Source of the DNA: an uncultured Candidatus Rokubacteria bacterium
GTDB lineage: Bacteria; Methylomirabilota; Methylomirabilia; Rokubacteriales; DASRDR01
Assembly (NCBI GenBank): GCA_963826115.1
Contig: CAWGVS010000005.1
Span: forward strand, 1,152,001 to 1,216,000
Direction of reading: 5' to 3'
Length of the DNA stretch: 64,000 bases
In this document: positions 7,372-19,318 of the stretch, one piece after another
Layout: each line of letters starts with the position of its first letter
How positions within the stretch are numbered: the first letter of the stretch is position 1
Notes under the pieces: generated by a model
Told to the model about the DNA's origin: nothing
What the model saw: only the letters and a program-made list of their open reading frames with translations
Database searches by the model: none
Made by a program: the position numbers and the translations under genes

Positions 7372-10300
7372 ATGAGCCCCGGACCCGCGGAGTACCCGGC
7401 GAGGGTCCGGATCGGCCTCCTGGCCGGCGGCCCGGACGGCCTGGCCCTCCTCCAGCTGCTCCACGGCTGGCTCGCGGCGACGATCGTGTTCGCCGTCGAC
7501 CCCTCGCCCGAGCCGACCGTCCTCCGCGAGGCGCGCGCTCGCGGGATCCCGGCGGCCGCCCGCGCGCTCGAGGTCTTCGAGCAGCTCCCGGTCGACCTCA
7601 TCGTCGACTCCGTCGGGCGGCGTGAAATCGTCGACGTGCTCCTCCGCGCGCGGCGGCCCGGGATCGAGGTCATCGGCCCCGGGAGCGTCCCCTTCCTCCG
7701 GCTCCTCCTCCGTGACCTGACGGAGAGCCTCGAGCAGCAGGCCGCCACCGGCGAAATCCTCCGGGTCATCAGCCAGTCCCCCACCGACGTGCAGCCGGTG
7801 CTGGAAGCCGTCGTCGAGCGCGCCGCACGTCTCTGCAGCGTGCCGGACGCCGAGATCTTCCAGGTGGACGGCGAGGCCCTCCGTCTGGTCGCGAAGATCG
7901 GGCCCCATCCCTTCTGGTCCATCGGGGAGACGGCGCCCCTGAACCGCAACTGGGTGACCGGCCGGTCCGTGGTCGACCGGACCCTGGTCCACGTGCACGA
8001 CCTGTCAGCATCGGAGGCTGAGTTCCCGCAGGGGGCCGCGTACGCGAAGCGGTACGGCCATCGCACCACGCTGGCCACCCCGCTCCTGCGCGAGGGCGTC
8101 CCCATCGGCGCCATCCTCATCCGAGGCATGGAGCTCCGCCCCTTCACCGACAAGCAGATCGCGCTCCTCCAGACCTTCGCCTCCCAGGCGGTCATCGCCA
8201 TCGAGAACGCGCGCCTGTTCCGGGAGCTCGGCACCAGGAACCGCGACCTCACCGAGGCCCTCGACCAGCAGACCGCCACCGGCGAGATCCTCCGCGTGAT
8301 CTCGAGCTCTCCCACCGACACCCAGCCCGTCTTCGACACCATTGCCCACAGCGCGGCACGCCTCTGCGAGGCGCAGTTCGCCTTCGTCTTCCGGTTCGAC
8401 GGAACGCTCCTCCACTTCGCCGCGCACCACGGCCTCACGGCCGAGGGCCTCGGGGCCCTGCGCCGCGCGTGGCCGCTCGCGCCGGACTCCGGCACCGCCG
8501 CGGGACGGTCGGTTCTCCGCCGCACCATCGCGCACATCCCCGACGTGTTCGCGGAGCCTGGCTACGCGCACGGCACCGTCGCGCAGGTCGCCACCTTCCG
8601 GAGCGTCGTGGCGGTGCCGATGCTCCGCGACGGCGTGCCCATCGGGACGATCACCCTGAACCGGTCGCAGACCGGGCCGTTCTCCGACCGCCAGATCGCG
8701 CTGCTCCAGACCTTCGCCGACCAGGCGGTCATCGCCATCGAGAACGTCCGCCTCTTCACGGAGCTCGAGGCCAAGAATCGCGACCTCACCGAGACCCTCG
8801 AGCAGCAGACCGCAACCGGGGAGATCCTCCGCGTCATCTCGCGCTCGCCCACCGACGTCCAGCCGGTCTTCGACACGATCGTCGAGAGCGCGGTCCGGCT
8901 CTGTGACGGCCTATCGGCGACGGTCTACCGATTCGACGGCACGCTGATCCACGTCAGCGCGCAGGACCGCAGCGTCGCGCCCGAGGCGCGTGAAGCGTTC
9001 CGGCAACGGTACCCGGCGCCGCCGAGCCGGACGAGCGTGGTCGCCGAGGCAATCCTCGACCGGAAGGTCATCCACGTCCGCGATTTCGCGTCCGACCCGG
9101 GCATCATGCCCGCAAGCCTGGAGATGGCGCGGGCCATCGGCCACCGGAGCCTGCTCGCCGTGCCGATGCTTCGGGACGGCGCGCCCATCGGCGCCATCGC
9201 CGTCGGGCGACGGTCACCGGATATGGGCCCTCGCCCGTTCTCCGAGCGCGAGATCTCGCTGCTCCAAACCTTCGCCGATCAGGCGGTCATCGCGATCGAG
9301 AACGTCCGGCTCTTCACCGAGCTGGAGGTCCGCAACCACGACCTGACCGAGACCCTCGAGCAGCAGACCGCCACCGGCGAGATCCTCCGCGTCATCTCGA
9401 GGTCGCCCACCGACGTCCAGCCGGTCTTCGACGCGATCGCGGGAAGCGCCGCCCGGCTGTGTGGAGCCGAGCTCGCCTGGGTGTTCCGCTACGACGGCCA
9501 TCGTCTTCACTTCGCCGCGCACCACGGTCTGTCAGCCGCCGGACTGGAGGCGGTCCAATCGGTCTATCCCATGACGCCCGGGCGGGGAAGCGCCGCCGCG
9601 CGATCGATCGTGAGCGGCGCCGTCCAGCACATCCCGGACGTCCACGAGGACCCCGACTACGCGCACGGAGCGACCGCGACGGTGATGACCTACCGCGCCA
9701 TCGTGGCGGTGCCGATGCTGCGGGAGGGGATTCCCGTCGGGACCATCGCCGTCGGTCGCGGCAGCACCGGGCTCTTCCCCGACCGGCAGATCGACCTCCT
9801 GAAGACGTTCGCGGACCAGGCGGTCATCGCCATCGAGAACGTCCGCCTGTTCCGCGAGCTCGAAGTCCGCAACCGCGACCTCACCGAGACCCTCGAGCAG
9901 CAGACCGCCACCGGCGAGATCCTCCGCGTCATCTCGAGCTCCCCCACCGACGTCCAGCCGGTCTTCGAGGCCATCGCCCGGGCCGCAGCAACCCTGTGCG
10001 AGGCCGATCTGTCCGGACTCTATCCGTTCGACGGTAGCCTCATTCACATCGGGGCGATGCACGGCCGGACGCCGGAAGAGATCGACGCCGCCCGGCGGGC
10101 CTTCCCACATCCGCCGAGCCGCCTCAGCATTACCGCGCGGGCGATCCTGGCCGCGGCCGTCGTCCAGGTCGCCGACATCAGCGAGGACCCGGAGATCGCC
10201 GACGCGCTCCGCATCTATCGGACCATCCTCGCCGTCCCAATGATCCGGGACGCCCGGCCAATCGGGGCCATCACGGTGGGACGGCGAGCCGTCCGGCCGT

Positions 10301-13300
10301 TTTCCGACAAGCAGATCAAGCTCCTCGAGACCTTCGCCGACCAGGCCGTCATCGCCATCGAGAACGTCCGTCTGTTCACCGAGCTAGAGGCGCGGAACCA
10401 CGACCTCACCGAGACTCTCGAGCAGCAAACGGCCACCGGCGAGATCCTGCGCGTCATCTCGAGCTCCCCGACCGACGTCCAGCCCGTCTTCGACGCGATC
10501 GTCGACAGCGCGGTCAGACTGTGCGACGCGTCCTTCGGCGGGGTGCTCCGCTTCGATGGCGAGCACATGCACATCGCCGCCGTGCACAACGTGGACCCGG
10601 AGCGGCTGGAGGTCTTCAACCGCCTGTTCCCGATGCGGCCGACGAGAGACATCGCCATAGGGCGCGCCATCCTGGATCGAGCGGTCGTCCATTTCGAGGA
10701 CGTGCTCAAGGAGCCGTCGAACCCGCTCCGAGACGCTTCGCGAACGGCGCTCGGCTACCGGGCTTGGCTGACCGTGCCCATGCTGAGAGACGAGACGCCG
10801 CTGGGGGTCATCTTCTGCTGGCGACCCGACCCGCGAGCGTTCACGTCGAAACAGGTCGCGCTCGTCCAGACCTTCGCCGACCAGGCCGTCATCGCCATCG
10901 AGAACGTCCGGCTCTTCACGGAGCTGGAGGTCCGCAACCGCGACCTGACCGAGACCCTCGAGCAGCAGACCGCCACCGGCGAGATCCTGCGCGTCATCTC
11001 GAGCTCTCCGACCGACGCCCAGCCCGTCTTCGACACCATCGCCCGCAGCGCGGCGCGGCTCTGCGAGGGGCAGTACGCGTTCGTCTTCCGGTACGACGAC
11101 GATCTCCTCCACCTGGCCGCTCATCACGGGCTGACGCCCGAGGGGTACGAGGCGTTCCGGAAGGCCTGGCCGATGCGCCCGAGCCCCGGCAGCGCGGCCG
11201 GACGGTCGATCCTGACCCGCGGCATCGCGCACATCCCGGACGTCCAGGCGGACCCGGGCTACGTGCTCAGCGCGGTGGCGGACCTCGCCTCGTATCGCAG
11301 CACCGTGGCCGTGCCGATGGTGCGCGAGGGCATCCCGATCGGCACCATCAACGTCTCGCGGTCGCAGGCCGGCCCGTTCTCGGAACGGCAGGTCGGTCTC
11401 CTCCAGACGTTCGCCGACCAGGCCGTCATCGCCATCGAGAACGTCCGCCTCTTCCAGGAGCTGCAGGCGCGGACATCCGAGCTGACCCGCTCCGTCGGCG
11501 AGCTCCAGGCGCTGGGCGAGGTCAGCCAGGCCGTGAGCTCCACGCTCGACCTCGAGACCGTCCTCGCCACCATCGTGAGCCGCGCGATCCAACTCGCCGG
11601 CAGCGATTCCGGCATCGTGTACGAGTTCGACGAGGCTGCCCAGGCCTTCCACGTGATGGCCACGCACCACGTCACCCCGGAGCACCTGGCCGCCCTCCGG
11701 ACCGCGCCCATCCGCCTCGGCGAGGGCGCGATCGGTCGTGCCGGCGTGACCCGGGCGGCCGTCCAGGTGGCCGACATCGAGCGGGAGTGGGAGCTGGTGG
11801 CGCCCCAGGTGCGCCAGCTCCTCGTCCGGGACGGGACGCACTCGCTCGTGGCGATCCCGCTCGTCCGCGAGGAGCGGCTCCTCGGGGGCCTCGTGATCCT
11901 CCGCCACCAGCGAGGCGCCTTCTCCCCGGAGATCGTGGCCACGCTCCAGACGCTCGCGGCCCAGTCCGTGATCGCGATCCAGAACGCCCGGCTCTTCCGC
12001 GAGATCGACGCGAAGGGCCGCGAGCTCGAGAACCTCTCCCAGAACATGGAGCAGCTCTACCGGCTCTCCACCGCGCTCCAGGAGCCGCTCTCGCTCGGCG
12101 AGCAGCTCACGCGCGTGCTCGACGCCGCCCGGCAGGTCGTCCGGCTCGACCGGCTCCACGTCTGGACCCTCACGCCGGCGGGCGACGCGCTCGCGCTCGG
12201 CGCCGGCGCGGGCCTCACGCCGGAGGAATGGCAGCCGCTGGAAGGCCTGACGATTCCTCTCCCGGAGGCCGGCGCGCTGGCCGCGGCGTGTCGGGACCGC
12301 ACACCCCTGCTCTTCAACGACCAGCATCCCCTGCCGCCAGAGCTCCGGCTCCGGCCGCCCTACTCGACCCTCACCGCCCTCCGCACGAAGAACATCCTCG
12401 TGGTCCCGATGATCGCCCGCGGCCGCCCGGTCGGGGTCCTCTCCGCCGACAACCGAGTGAGCCGCGAGCCGATCCCGCCGCCCACCGTCGACCTCCTCCA
12501 GACGTTCGCGTCCCAGGCGGCCGTCGCGGTGGAGAACGCCAGGCTCTTCCAGGAGATCCAGGACAAAGGCAAGGAGCTCGAGGTGGCGAGCCGCCACAAG
12601 TCGCAGTTCCTGGCGAACATGAGCCACGAGCTCCGGACCCCGCTCAATGCGATCATCGGCGTCACGGAAATGCTCCTCGAGGACGCGCAGGCGGCGGCCC
12701 AGCCCGACCAGATCGAGGCGCACGAGCGCATCCTCCGGGCCGGCCGGCACCTCCTGGCCCTCATCAACGACATCCTCGACCTCTCAAAGATCGAGGCGGG
12801 GAAGCTCGAGCTCTCGCTGGAGAGCGTCGCCGTCGGGCCGATGGTCGAGGACGTCGTGTCGACCATCCGGCAGCTCGCCCAGAAGAACGGCAACCAGGTG
12901 GTGGCCGAGTGTCCCGCCGACGTGGGCGCGATCCGCGCGGACCCCACGCGTCTCCGCCAGTCCCTGCTCAATCTCGCGAGCAACGCCAGCAAGTTCACCG
13001 AGCGCGGGATCGTCCGGGTCGAGGCAAAGCGGACGCCGGACGAGGGCGGCCGCGAGTGGGTCACCATGGCGGTCTCGGACACCGGCATCGGCATGACCGC
13101 GGAGCAGATGGGCCGGCTGTTCGAGGACTTCACCCAGGCCGACGCGTCGACGACGCGGAAGTACGGGGGGACCGGGCTCGGGCTGGCGATCAGCCGGCGG
13201 CTGTGCCGCATGATGGGCGGCGACATCACGGTGGCCAGCACGCCGGGACAGGGCTCCACCTTCACCATCCGCCTTCCCGCGGACCTCCAGGCCCCCCTGC

Positions 13301-14127
13301 CGGCCGACGCGGCGCCCGCCGTCCGGCCGCGCGTCGCTTCCCCGGCGGCGCCCGAGCGCCCGAGGACATCGGCGCGGACCGTGCTCGTCATCGACGACGA
13401 TCCGACCGTGCGCGACCTCATGGAGCGCTTCCTCGCCAAGCAGGGGTTCTCCGTGGTCACGGCCGCCAGCGGGCTGGACGGCCTACGACTGGCCCGCGAG
13501 GTACGCCCCGCCGCGATCACGCTCGACGTGATGATGCCGGACCTCGACGGCTGGACCGTGCTCGCCGCGCTCAAGGGGGACCCGACCCTGGCGGGCATCC
13601 CGGTCATCGTCGTGACCATCGTCGACGAGAAGAGCCGCGGCTACTCGCTCGGGGCGACCGACTACATGGTGAAGCCCATCGACCGCGACCGACTGGCCGG
13701 CGTCCTCCGGCAGCTCTGCGGCGACCGGCCGACGCCGCACGTCCTGGTGGTGGACGACGACCCCGCGGTGCGCGCGGTCATCACCCAGACGCTCGAGCGC
13801 GCCGGGTGGTCCATCGGCGAAGCAGAGAACGGCCGCATCGCGCTCCAGCGGGTCGCGGCGAAACGCCCCGATGCGATCGTCCTGGACCTCCTGATGCCGG
13901 AGCTGAACGGCTTCGAGTTCCTCGCCGCGCTCCGACGCGACCCCGCCTGGCGCGGCATCCCGGTGGTGGTCCTCACGTCGATGGACCTCAGCGCCGAGGA
14001 CCGGCGCATCCTCAACGGCTCCGTCGAGCGGATTCTCGAGAAGGGCGCCTGGGATCGCGAGCAGCTCCTGGCCGAGATCGGGCGCGCCCTTGCGGGCATC
14101 GCCCCCGCGGGCGGAGATCCCCGGTGA
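7372..14127 (+). CDS. Cytoplasmic hybrid sensor histidine kinase: N-terminal Rossmann-like domain, 9 GAF, HisKA, HATPase_c, 2 REC
   Basis: Repeated [15 protein letters not shown] GAF ends; [14 protein letters not shown]-box, NASKFT, DTGIGM, GGTGLGL; two receivers (TLDVMMP, VLDLLMP); no TM segment seen. Confidence 0.93.
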   Translation: MSPGPAEYPARVRIGLLAGGPDGLALLQLLHGWLAATIVFAVDPSPEPTVLREARARGIPAAARALEVFEQLPVDLIVDSVGRREIVDVLLRARRPGIEVIGPGSVPFLRLLLRDLTESLEQQAATGEILRVISQSPTDVQPVLEAVVERAARLCSVPDAEIFQVDGEALRLVAKIGPHPFWSIGETAPLNRNWVTGRSVVDRTLVHVHDLSASEAEFPQGAAYAKRYGHRTTLATPLLREGVPIGAILIRGMELRPFTDKQIALLQTFASQAVIAIENARLFRELGTRNRDLTEALDQQTATGEILRVISSSPTDTQPVFDTIAHSAARLCEAQFAFVFRFDGTLLHFAAHHGLTAEGLGALRRAWPLAPDSGTAAGRSVLRRTIAHIPDVFAEPGYAHGTVAQVATFRSVVAVPMLRDGVPIGTITLNRSQTGPFSDRQIALLQTFADQAVIAIENVRLFTELEAKNRDLTETLEQQTATGEILRVISRSPTDVQPVFDTIVESAVRLCDGLSATVYRFDGTLIHVSAQDRSVAPEAREAFRQRYPAPPSRTSVVAEAILDRKVIHVRDFASDPGIMPASLEMARAIGHRSLLAVPMLRDGAPIGAIAVGRRSPDMGPRPFSEREISLLQTFADQAVIAIENVRLFTELEVRNHDLTETLEQQTATGEILRVISRSPTDVQPVFDAIAGSAARLCGAELAWVFRYDGHRLHFAAHHGLSAAGLEAVQSVYPMTPGRGSAAARSIVSGAVQHIPDVHEDPDYAHGATATVMTYRAIVAVPMLREGIPVGTIAVGRGSTGLFPDRQIDLLKTFADQAVIAIENVRLFRELEVRNRDLTETLEQQTATGEILRVISSSPTDVQPVFEAIARAAATLCEADLSGLYPFDGSLIHIGAMHGRTPEEIDAARRAFPHPPSRLSITARAILAAAVVQVADISEDPEIADALRIYRTILAVPMIRDARPIGAITVGRRAVRPFSDKQIKLLETFADQAVIAIENVRLFTELEARNHDLTETLEQQTATGEILRVISSSPTDVQPVFDAIVDSAVRLCDASFGGVLRFDGEHMHIAAVHNVDPERLEVFNRLFPMRPTRDIAIGRAILDRAVVHFEDVLKEPSNPLRDASRTALGYRAWLTVPMLRDETPLGVIFCWRPDPRAFTSKQVALVQTFADQAVIAIENVRLFTELEVRNRDLTETLEQQTATGEILRVISSSPTDAQPVFDTIARSAARLCEGQYAFVFRYDDDLLHLAAHHGLTPEGYEAFRKAWPMRPSPGSAAGRSILTRGIAHIPDVQADPGYVLSAVADLASYRSTVAVPMVREGIPIGTINVSRSQAGPFSERQVGLLQTFADQAVIAIENVRLFQELQARTSELTRSVGELQALGEVSQAVSSTLDLETVLATIVSRAIQLAGSDSGIVYEFDEAAQAFHVMATHHVTPEHLAALRTAPIRLGEGAIGRAGVTRAAVQVADIEREWELVAPQVRQLLVRDGTHSLVAIPLVREERLLGGLVILRHQRGAFSPEIVATLQTLAAQSVIAIQNARLFREIDAKGRELENLSQNMEQLYRLSTALQEPLSLGEQLTRVLDAARQVVRLDRLHVWTLTPAGDALALGAGAGLTPEEWQPLEGLTIPLPEAGALAAACRDRTPLLFNDQHPLPPELRLRPPYSTLTALRTKNILVVPMIARGRPVGVLSADNRVSREPIPPPTVDLLQTFASQAAVAVENARLFQEIQDKGKELEVASRHKSQFLANMSHELRTPLNAIIGVTEMLLEDAQAAAQPDQIEAHERILRAGRHLLALINDILDLSKIEAGKLELSLESVAVGPMVEDVVSTIRQLAQKNGNQVVAECPADVGAIRADPTRLRQSLLNLASNASKFTERGIVRVEAKRTPDEGGREWVTMAVSDTGIGMTAEQMGRLFEDFTQADASTTRKYGGTGLGLAISRRLCRMMGGDITVASTPGQGSTFTIRLPADLQAPLPADAAPAVRPRVASPAAPERPRTSARTVLVIDDDPTVRDLMERFLAKQGFSVVTAASGLDGLRLAREVRPAAITLDVMMPDLDGWTVLAALKGDPTLAGIPVIVVTIVDEKSRGYSLGATDYMVKPIDRDRLAGVLRQLCGDRPTPHVLVVDDDPAVRAVITQTLERAGWSIGEAENGRIALQRVAAKRPDAIVLDLLMPELNGFEFLAALRRDPAWRGIPVVVLTSMDLSAEDRRILNGSVERILEKGAWDREQLLAEIGRALAGIAPAGGDPR
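8170..11040 (+). repeat. Six near-identical ~170-bp inter-GAF linker repeats with ~540-bp period
   Basis: ttcgccgaccaggc.gtcatcgc.atcgagaac...gagcagcagaccgccaccggcgagatcct.cgcgtcatctcg...accgac..ccagcc.gtcttcga at about 8170, 8710, 9270, 9805, 10330 and 10870; partial copies near 7730 and 11410. Confidence 0.85.
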
Positions 14128-14501
14128 CCAAGATCCTCTACGTCGAGGACAACGACGACAACGTCTACATGCTCCGCAACCGGCTGACGCGCGCGGGGTT
14201 CGGCGTCGTCGTGGCGGGCGACGGCGCGCAGGGCGTCCGGATGGCCGAGACGGAGGCGCCCGCCCTCATCCTGATGGACCTGAGCCTTCCGGTCCTGGAC
14301 GGGTGGGAGGCCACGCGGCAGCTGAAGGCCGCGGCGGCGACCGGCGGGATCCCCGTCATCGCGCTCTCCGCCCACGCCATGGAGGGTGAGCGCGACCGCG
14401 CCCTCGCGGCCGGCTGCGACGACTTCGACACCAAGCCGGTGGACTTCCCGCGGCTTCTCGAGAAGATCCGGACGCTCCTCGCAAAGACCTCGAAGGCATG
14501 A
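14124..14501 (+). CDS. Single-domain response regulator (DivK/CheY-like)
   Basis: [30 protein letters not shown]; GTGA overlap with the kinase. Confidence 0.92.
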   Translation: MTKILYVEDNDDNVYMLRNRLTRAGFGVVVAGDGAQGVRMAETEAPALILMDLSLPVLDGWEATRQLKAAAATGGIPVIALSAHAMEGERDRALAAGCDDFDTKPVDFPRLLEKIRTLLAKTSKA

Positions 14502-15604
14502 GCCCGGACGGGCCCGCGCTGCTCCTGGTCGACGACAACGAGGACAACCTCTACACGCTGACCCAGCGTCTCCGCCGCGAGGGCTACACCAACCTCACGT
14601 CCGGCCGGAACGGCCGCGAGGCGCTCGAGCTCCTCCGGTCACGGCCCTTCGACCTCGTTCTGCTAGACGTCATGATGCCCGAGCTGAACGGCTACCAGGT
14701 CCTGGAGGAGCTGAAGGCCGACGAGCGCCTCCGCGGCGTCCCGATCATCATGATCTCGGCGGTGGACGAGCTCGAGAGCGTCATCCGATGCATCGAGCTC
14801 GGCGCGGCAGACTACCTCTCGAAGCCCTTCAACCCCGTCCTGCTGCGGGCCCGGGTCGCCGCCTGCCTCGAGAAGAAGCACCTCCACGATCAGATGGTCG
14901 CGTGGAACCAGACGCTGGAGCAGCGGGTCCGCGAGAAGGTCGCCGAGGTCGAGCGGCTGGGCCGCCTGAAGCGGTTCTTCTCGCCGCACCTCGCCGAGCT
15001 CATCGTGGCCGGGGGCGCCGAGGACCCGCTCAAGACCCACCGTCGCCAGATCACCGTCGTGTTCCTGGACCTCCGCGGCTTCTCGACCTTCGCCGAGACG
15101 ACCGAGCCGGAGGAGGTCATGAGCGTCCTCCACGAGTACCACGCGGCCATGGGCGAGCTGGTCCTCGAGCACGAGGGGACGCTCGAGCGGTTCACCGGCG
15201 ACGGGATGATGATCTTCTTCAACGACCCGGTGCCCGTGCCGCAGCCCGCCGAGCGCGCGATCCGGATGGCCATGGCCATGCGAGACCGGGTACAGCGCCT
15301 GAGCGCGGGGTGGCGCAAGCGCGGCCACGATCTCGGGCTGGGCGTCGGCATCGCCGAGGGCTACGCGACGATCGGCGCCATCGGCTACGAGGGCCGGTGG
15401 GACTACGGCGCCATCGGCACCGTGACGAACCTGGCGGCGCGACTGTGCGGAGAGGCGAAATCCGGGCAGATCCTCGTGTCTCGTCGCGTGGCCGGCATCG
15501 TCGAGGCCGACGTCGAGCTCGAGCCGGTCGGGACCCTCACGCTCAAGGGGTTCCTGAAGCCGGTCGAGGCGTTCAACGTCCTTCGACCCAAGGCCGGAGG
15601 CTGA
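14498..15604 (+). CDS. Receiver domain plus class III nucleotide cyclase
   Basis: REC (LVDDNEDN, LLDVMMP, SKPF), then VFLDLRGFS, ERFTGDG, NLAARL. Confidence 0.92.
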   Translation: MSPDGPALLLVDDNEDNLYTLTQRLRREGYTNLTSGRNGREALELLRSRPFDLVLLDVMMPELNGYQVLEELKADERLRGVPIIMISAVDELESVIRCIELGAADYLSKPFNPVLLRARVAACLEKKHLHDQMVAWNQTLEQRVREKVAEVERLGRLKRFFSPHLAELIVAGGAEDPLKTHRRQITVVFLDLRGFSTFAETTEPEEVMSVLHEYHAAMGELVLEHEGTLERFTGDGMMIFFNDPVPVPQPAERAIRMAMAMRDRVQRLSAGWRKRGHDLGLGVGIAEGYATIGAIGYEGRWDYGAIGTVTNLAARLCGEAKSGQILVSRRVAGIVEADVELEPVGTLTLKGFLKPVEAFNVLRPKAGG

Positions 15605-15616
15605 CCGCCGCCCCCG

Positions 15617-16099
15617 TCAGGCGAGTAGCGCCTGCCTGAGCCGAGCGCGGCGCCCGGCCGCCGCATCCGCCACCGCTGGCCACGCGATCGCGATCCCGCT
15701 CGCGAGCCGCACCCCCGCCTCTTCCCCCTCGGCCCGGTCCTCCAGGACGTCGTGGACCACGAGCTCGAAGCGATCGAGCTCGGGCGCTTCGCCCACGCCG
15801 CGCAGGGCCAGCGCCTCCACCTTCACGTAAAGACAGAGCCCCGCGTCCGCGAACACGAGGGTGGCGCGACCGGACTCCCGGAGGTGTCGGCTCGAGCGGG
15901 AGCCGCGGTGAAGCGCGAGTCGAAGTCGCGCGGCGTCCAGCGCGAGGACCTCCGCGTACGAGACCAGCGCGGGGTGAGGCCACCCGTACGGGTCGATCGT
16001 CGACAGCACGATGGCGAGGTTGGCGGGCGCCGCCGCGGCCGGCCCCATGAGGCGGGCGAGAAGGGCGTCAGGAAGGGTCGCGCCGAGCGATCGTGTCAC
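15617..16099 (-). CDS. Pyridoxamine-5'-phosphate oxidase-like split-barrel flavin/deazaflavin-binding protein
   Basis: LSTIDPYGWPHPALVS, GSRSSRHLRESGRATL pattern. Confidence 0.7.
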   Translation of the reverse strand: MTRSLGATLPDALLARLMGPAAAAPANLAIVLSTIDPYGWPHPALVSYAEVLALDAARLRLALHRGSRSSRHLRESGRATLVFADAGLCLYVKVEALALRGVGEAPELDRFELVVHDVLEDRAEGEEAGVRLASGIAIAWPAVADAAAGRRARLRQALLA

Positions 16100-16117
16100 C
16101 CCTGGGAGTATAGACGC

Positions 16118-16149
16118 GCCAGGCCGGGCGGCACCCCGCCCGGCCTGGC
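16118..16149 (-). terminator. Perfect 14-bp GC-rich hairpin downstream of glnA, no U-tract (terminator or 3' stabiliser)
   Basis: GCCAGGCCGGGCGG-CACC-CCGCCCGGCCTGGC. Confidence 0.55.
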
Positions 16150-16171
16150 ATGGCGACAGCTCGGCGATCGG

Positions 16172-17608
16172 CTAGATGTCGTAGTAGAGCGCGAACTCGT
16201 GCGGATGCGGCCGGAGCCGGATCGCGTCGACCTCGTTTTTCCGCTTGTACTCGAGCCACGTCTCGATGAGGTCCGGCGTGAAGACGTCGCCCTTCAGCAG
16301 GAAGTCGTGGTCCTTCTCCAGGTTGTCGAGCACGACGTCGAGCGAGCCGGGGAGCTGCTTGATCGCCTTCTGCTCCTCCGCCGGCAGCTCGTAGAGGTCC
16401 TTGTCGATCGGCTGCCCCGGATCGATCTTGTTCACGATGCCGTCGAGCCCGGCCATGACGCAGGCCGCGAACGACAGGTACGGGTTGCAGGACGGATCGG
16501 GCGTACGGAACTCGATGCGCTTGGCCCTTTCCGACCGCGAATACACCGGGATCCGGATGCAGGCGGACCGGTTCCGCTGGCTGTACACCAGGTTGATCGG
16601 CGCCTCGTACCCCGGCACCAGCCGGCGGTAGGAGTTCGTCGACGGCGCGATGAACGCCAGCAGCGCGGGCGCGTGCTTCAGGATGCCGCCGATGTAGTGG
16701 AGGCACATCTTCGAGATGTCGGCGTAGCCGCCCACCTCGTAGAAGAGGTTCTTGCCGTTCTTCCACAGCGACTGGTGGGTGTGCATGCCGGATCCGTTGT
16801 CCTGGAACAGCGGCTTCGGCATGAACGTGACCGTCTTGCCGTGCTGCCGGGCGGTGTTCTTGGTGACGTACTTGTACCACATCACCCGGTCGGCCATCTT
16901 CGTGAGGGTATCGAACCGCATGTCGATCTCGGACTGCCCCGCGGTGGCCACCTCGTGGTGGTGCACCTCGATCCGCACGCCGACCTTCTCCAGGTTGAGC
17001 ACCATCTCCGACCGGAGGTCCTGGAAGTGGTCCATCGGCGGGACCGGGAAGTAGCCCTGCTTGTAGCGCGGGCGGTACCCCAGGCCCTCCTTCCCCGTGT
17101 TCCACGCCCCGGCCTCGGAATCGATCTGGTAGAAGCCGAAGTTGTGCCCCTGGTCGAACTTGATCGAATCGAAGATGAAGAACTCCAGCTCGGGGCCGAT
17201 GTAGACGGTGTCGGCGATGCCGGTCTGCTTCAGGAACAGCTCGGCCTTCTGGGCGACGTACCGGGGATCCCGGGTGTAGGCCTCCATCGTCACCGGGTCC
17301 TTGACGTTGCAGTTCAGGACGAGCGTCGGGACCGCGGTGAACGGGTCCATCTGCGCGGTGGTCGGATCGGGCATGAGGAGCATGTCCGACTCGTCGATCG
17401 TCTGGAATCCGCGGATCGACGACCCGTCGAAGCCGATACCCTCGGAGAACAGCTCCTCGTCGAGGTCGTGGGTCGGGATCGAGAAGTGCTGCCACAGCCC
17501 GGGGACGTCGATGAAGCGGAGATCGACGATCTTCGCCCCGCGCTCCTTGGCCGCGTGGATGACATCCTTCGGTGTCTTCGTCTCCAGCGGCTTCACATCA
17601 TCAGACAT
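16172..17608 (-). CDS. glnA: Glutamine synthetase type I (GSI-beta)
   Basis: [21 protein letters not shown]...[31 protein letters not shown]; adenylylation motif DKDLYEL; ATG at 17608 with GGAGG RBS. Confidence 0.97.
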   Translation of the reverse strand: MSDDVKPLETKTPKDVIHAAKERGAKIVDLRFIDVPGLWQHFSIPTHDLDEELFSEGIGFDGSSIRGFQTIDESDMLLMPDPTTAQMDPFTAVPTLVLNCNVKDPVTMEAYTRDPRYVAQKAELFLKQTGIADTVYIGPELEFFIFDSIKFDQGHNFGFYQIDSEAGAWNTGKEGLGYRPRYKQGYFPVPPMDHFQDLRSEMVLNLEKVGVRIEVHHHEVATAGQSEIDMRFDTLTKMADRVMWYKYVTKNTARQHGKTVTFMPKPLFQDNGSGMHTHQSLWKNGKNLFYEVGGYADISKMCLHYIGGILKHAPALLAFIAPSTNSYRRLVPGYEAPINLVYSQRNRSACIRIPVYSRSERAKRIEFRTPDPSCNPYLSFAACVMAGLDGIVNKIDPGQPIDKDLYELPAEEQKAIKQLPGSLDVVLDNLEKDHDFLLKGDVFTPDLIETWLEYKRKNEVDAIRLRPHPHEFALYYDI

Positions 17609-17799
17609 GCAGGATCCTCCGTTGGACTGGTTGTCGGTTGTGGACACCGGCTCGCCGCGCCGGACCGCGAAGCGACCGCGCCGATTCTAGCGAGCATCCC
17701 TTCCCTCTTCAATCGGCACCCGAGCAGGACAAGGCGCGCCGCCGGCCGTTCAGCCAGCAACACGCGGCAGCAACCCGATCACCCTCTGCACGTCCAGAA

Positions 17800-17815
17800 A
17801 GCAACCCGCGTGCCG
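17800..17815 (-). promoter_or_regulatory. Sigma54 promoter upstream of glnA
   Basis: CGGCACGCGGGTTGCT = GG-N10-GC consensus. Confidence 0.75.
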
Positions 17816-18003
17816 CGGCCGCCGCCGGCTCGGGCCCCGAAATTCGCGCGGTTTCCGCGCCACCGCTCGCACGCCTTGCCGAATCCGTGGGCAGCTGCTC
17901 ACGCCGTGGGCAGGTCCGCCCCCGCGTTGACGATCCCGCCGGAGCCCGCTAGTGTCGGGACGAGAGCGCTGCCGTCCACCTCGACCAGAGAGGGAGTCCC
18001 ACG

Positions 18004-19318
18004 ATGAGCGTCGAACTCGAAGCGATGGAGGGCCGATCCCGTGATCTCCTCTCCACCGCCGCCACGGTCCTGCCCGGCGCGTGCCTCGGCCAGAACACGC
18101 TCCCGCCGGAGCTCTCCTTCGTCGTCGACCGCGGCGAGGGATCCCGGCTGATCGACCTGCGCGGGCGGTCCTACCTGGACTACGTGCTCGGATCTGGTCC
18201 CCTGCTCCTCGGGCACGCGCATCCGGCGATGGTGCGCGCGGTACAGGAGCAGGTCGCGCGAGGCTCCACCTTCTTCTGGCTCTCCGAGCCCTCGGTCCGG
18301 CTCGCCGAGATGGTGGTGCGCGCGGTGCCCTGCGCGGAGCAGGTTCGCTTCGTCTCCACCGGAACCGAGGCCACGATGTTCGCGTGCCGAATGGCGCGGA
18401 CCTTCACCCGCCGGGAGAAGATCCTGAAGTTCGAGGGCGGCTGGCACGGCTCCACGACTACGCCATGGTCGGGAACTGGCGCGTGCCGTCGGAGACTCCG
18501 TACCCCTACCCCGGCCCGGACATCGGCGGCGTCCCGCGCGGCGCGCTCGAGAGCGTCCTGGTCGCGCCCTTCAACGACCTCGCGACGACCGAGCGCATCG
18601 CGACCGAGCGGGGCGACGACCTGGCGGCGATCATCGTCGAGCCGCTCCAGCGCTCGATCCGGCCCGCGCCCGGCTTTCTGGCCGGTCTCCGCGACCTCAC
18701 GCGACCGCCTCGGCGCGCTCCTCATCTTCGACGAGGTCGTGACCGGGTTCCGCCTGGCCTACGGCGGCGCCCAGGAGCACTACGGGGTCTGCCCGACCTC
18801 GCCGTGTACGGCAAGGCCCTCACCTGCGGGTTCTCGCTGGCCGCCATCGCCGGGCGCGCCGACGTCATGGCCACGGCCGACCCGGCCCGGAAGGGCTCGC
18901 TCGACTACGCCGCGCTGTCGGGCACGCTCTCGGGCAACGCGCTCGCCTGCGCGGCCGGCGTCGCGGCGCTCGGCCGAGCTCGCGCGCCCCGGCGTCTACC
19001 AGCGGCTCCACGCGCTCGGCGAGCGCCTCCGGAGCGGCATCGCGCGCCGCGCTGAGCAGGTCGGGGTCCCCGTGCAGGTCCTGGCCGACGGTCCGATCGC
19101 CCAGGTGTTCTTCGTGGATCCCGACGCTGACCTGACGCAGCGACCGCGGCGCTCCGGGCGGCCGACGGCCGCAAGGCGACGCGCTTCGCGCTGGAATGCC
19201 TGCAGCGCGGCATCTTCACCCTGCCAGGAACGAAGCTCTACCTCTCGCTGGCGCACACGGACGCGGACGTCGACTGGACCCTCGACGTCATGGAAGAGGC
19301 GCTCCGCGCCGTGGCCTG
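18004..19318 (+). pseudogene. Class III aminotransferase (HemL/GSA aminomutase-like), frameshifted at 5 or more sites; probably sequencing indels
   Basis: Motifs continue across frames: LDYVLGSGPLLLGH, STGTEAT, GWHG, IIVEPLQ, IFDEVVTGFR, YGKAL (PLP Lys), SGTLSGN, KLYLSLAHT; shifts near 18451, 18705, 18790, 18972 and 19140. Confidence 0.8.

Noticed and set aside
8170-11040. Regularly spaced repeats as a CRISPR array or DGR template/variable repeats
   Set aside because: Repeats are about 170 bp, in-frame coding linkers with ~370-bp coding spacers; no cas or reverse transcriptase gene, and no adenine-specific variation noticed.
10384-14501. 788-aa antisense and 1326-aa alternate-frame ORFs in the kinase
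   Set aside because: Explained by codon bias and stop-codon scarcity. Only the final 125 aa (14124..14501) is a real gene.
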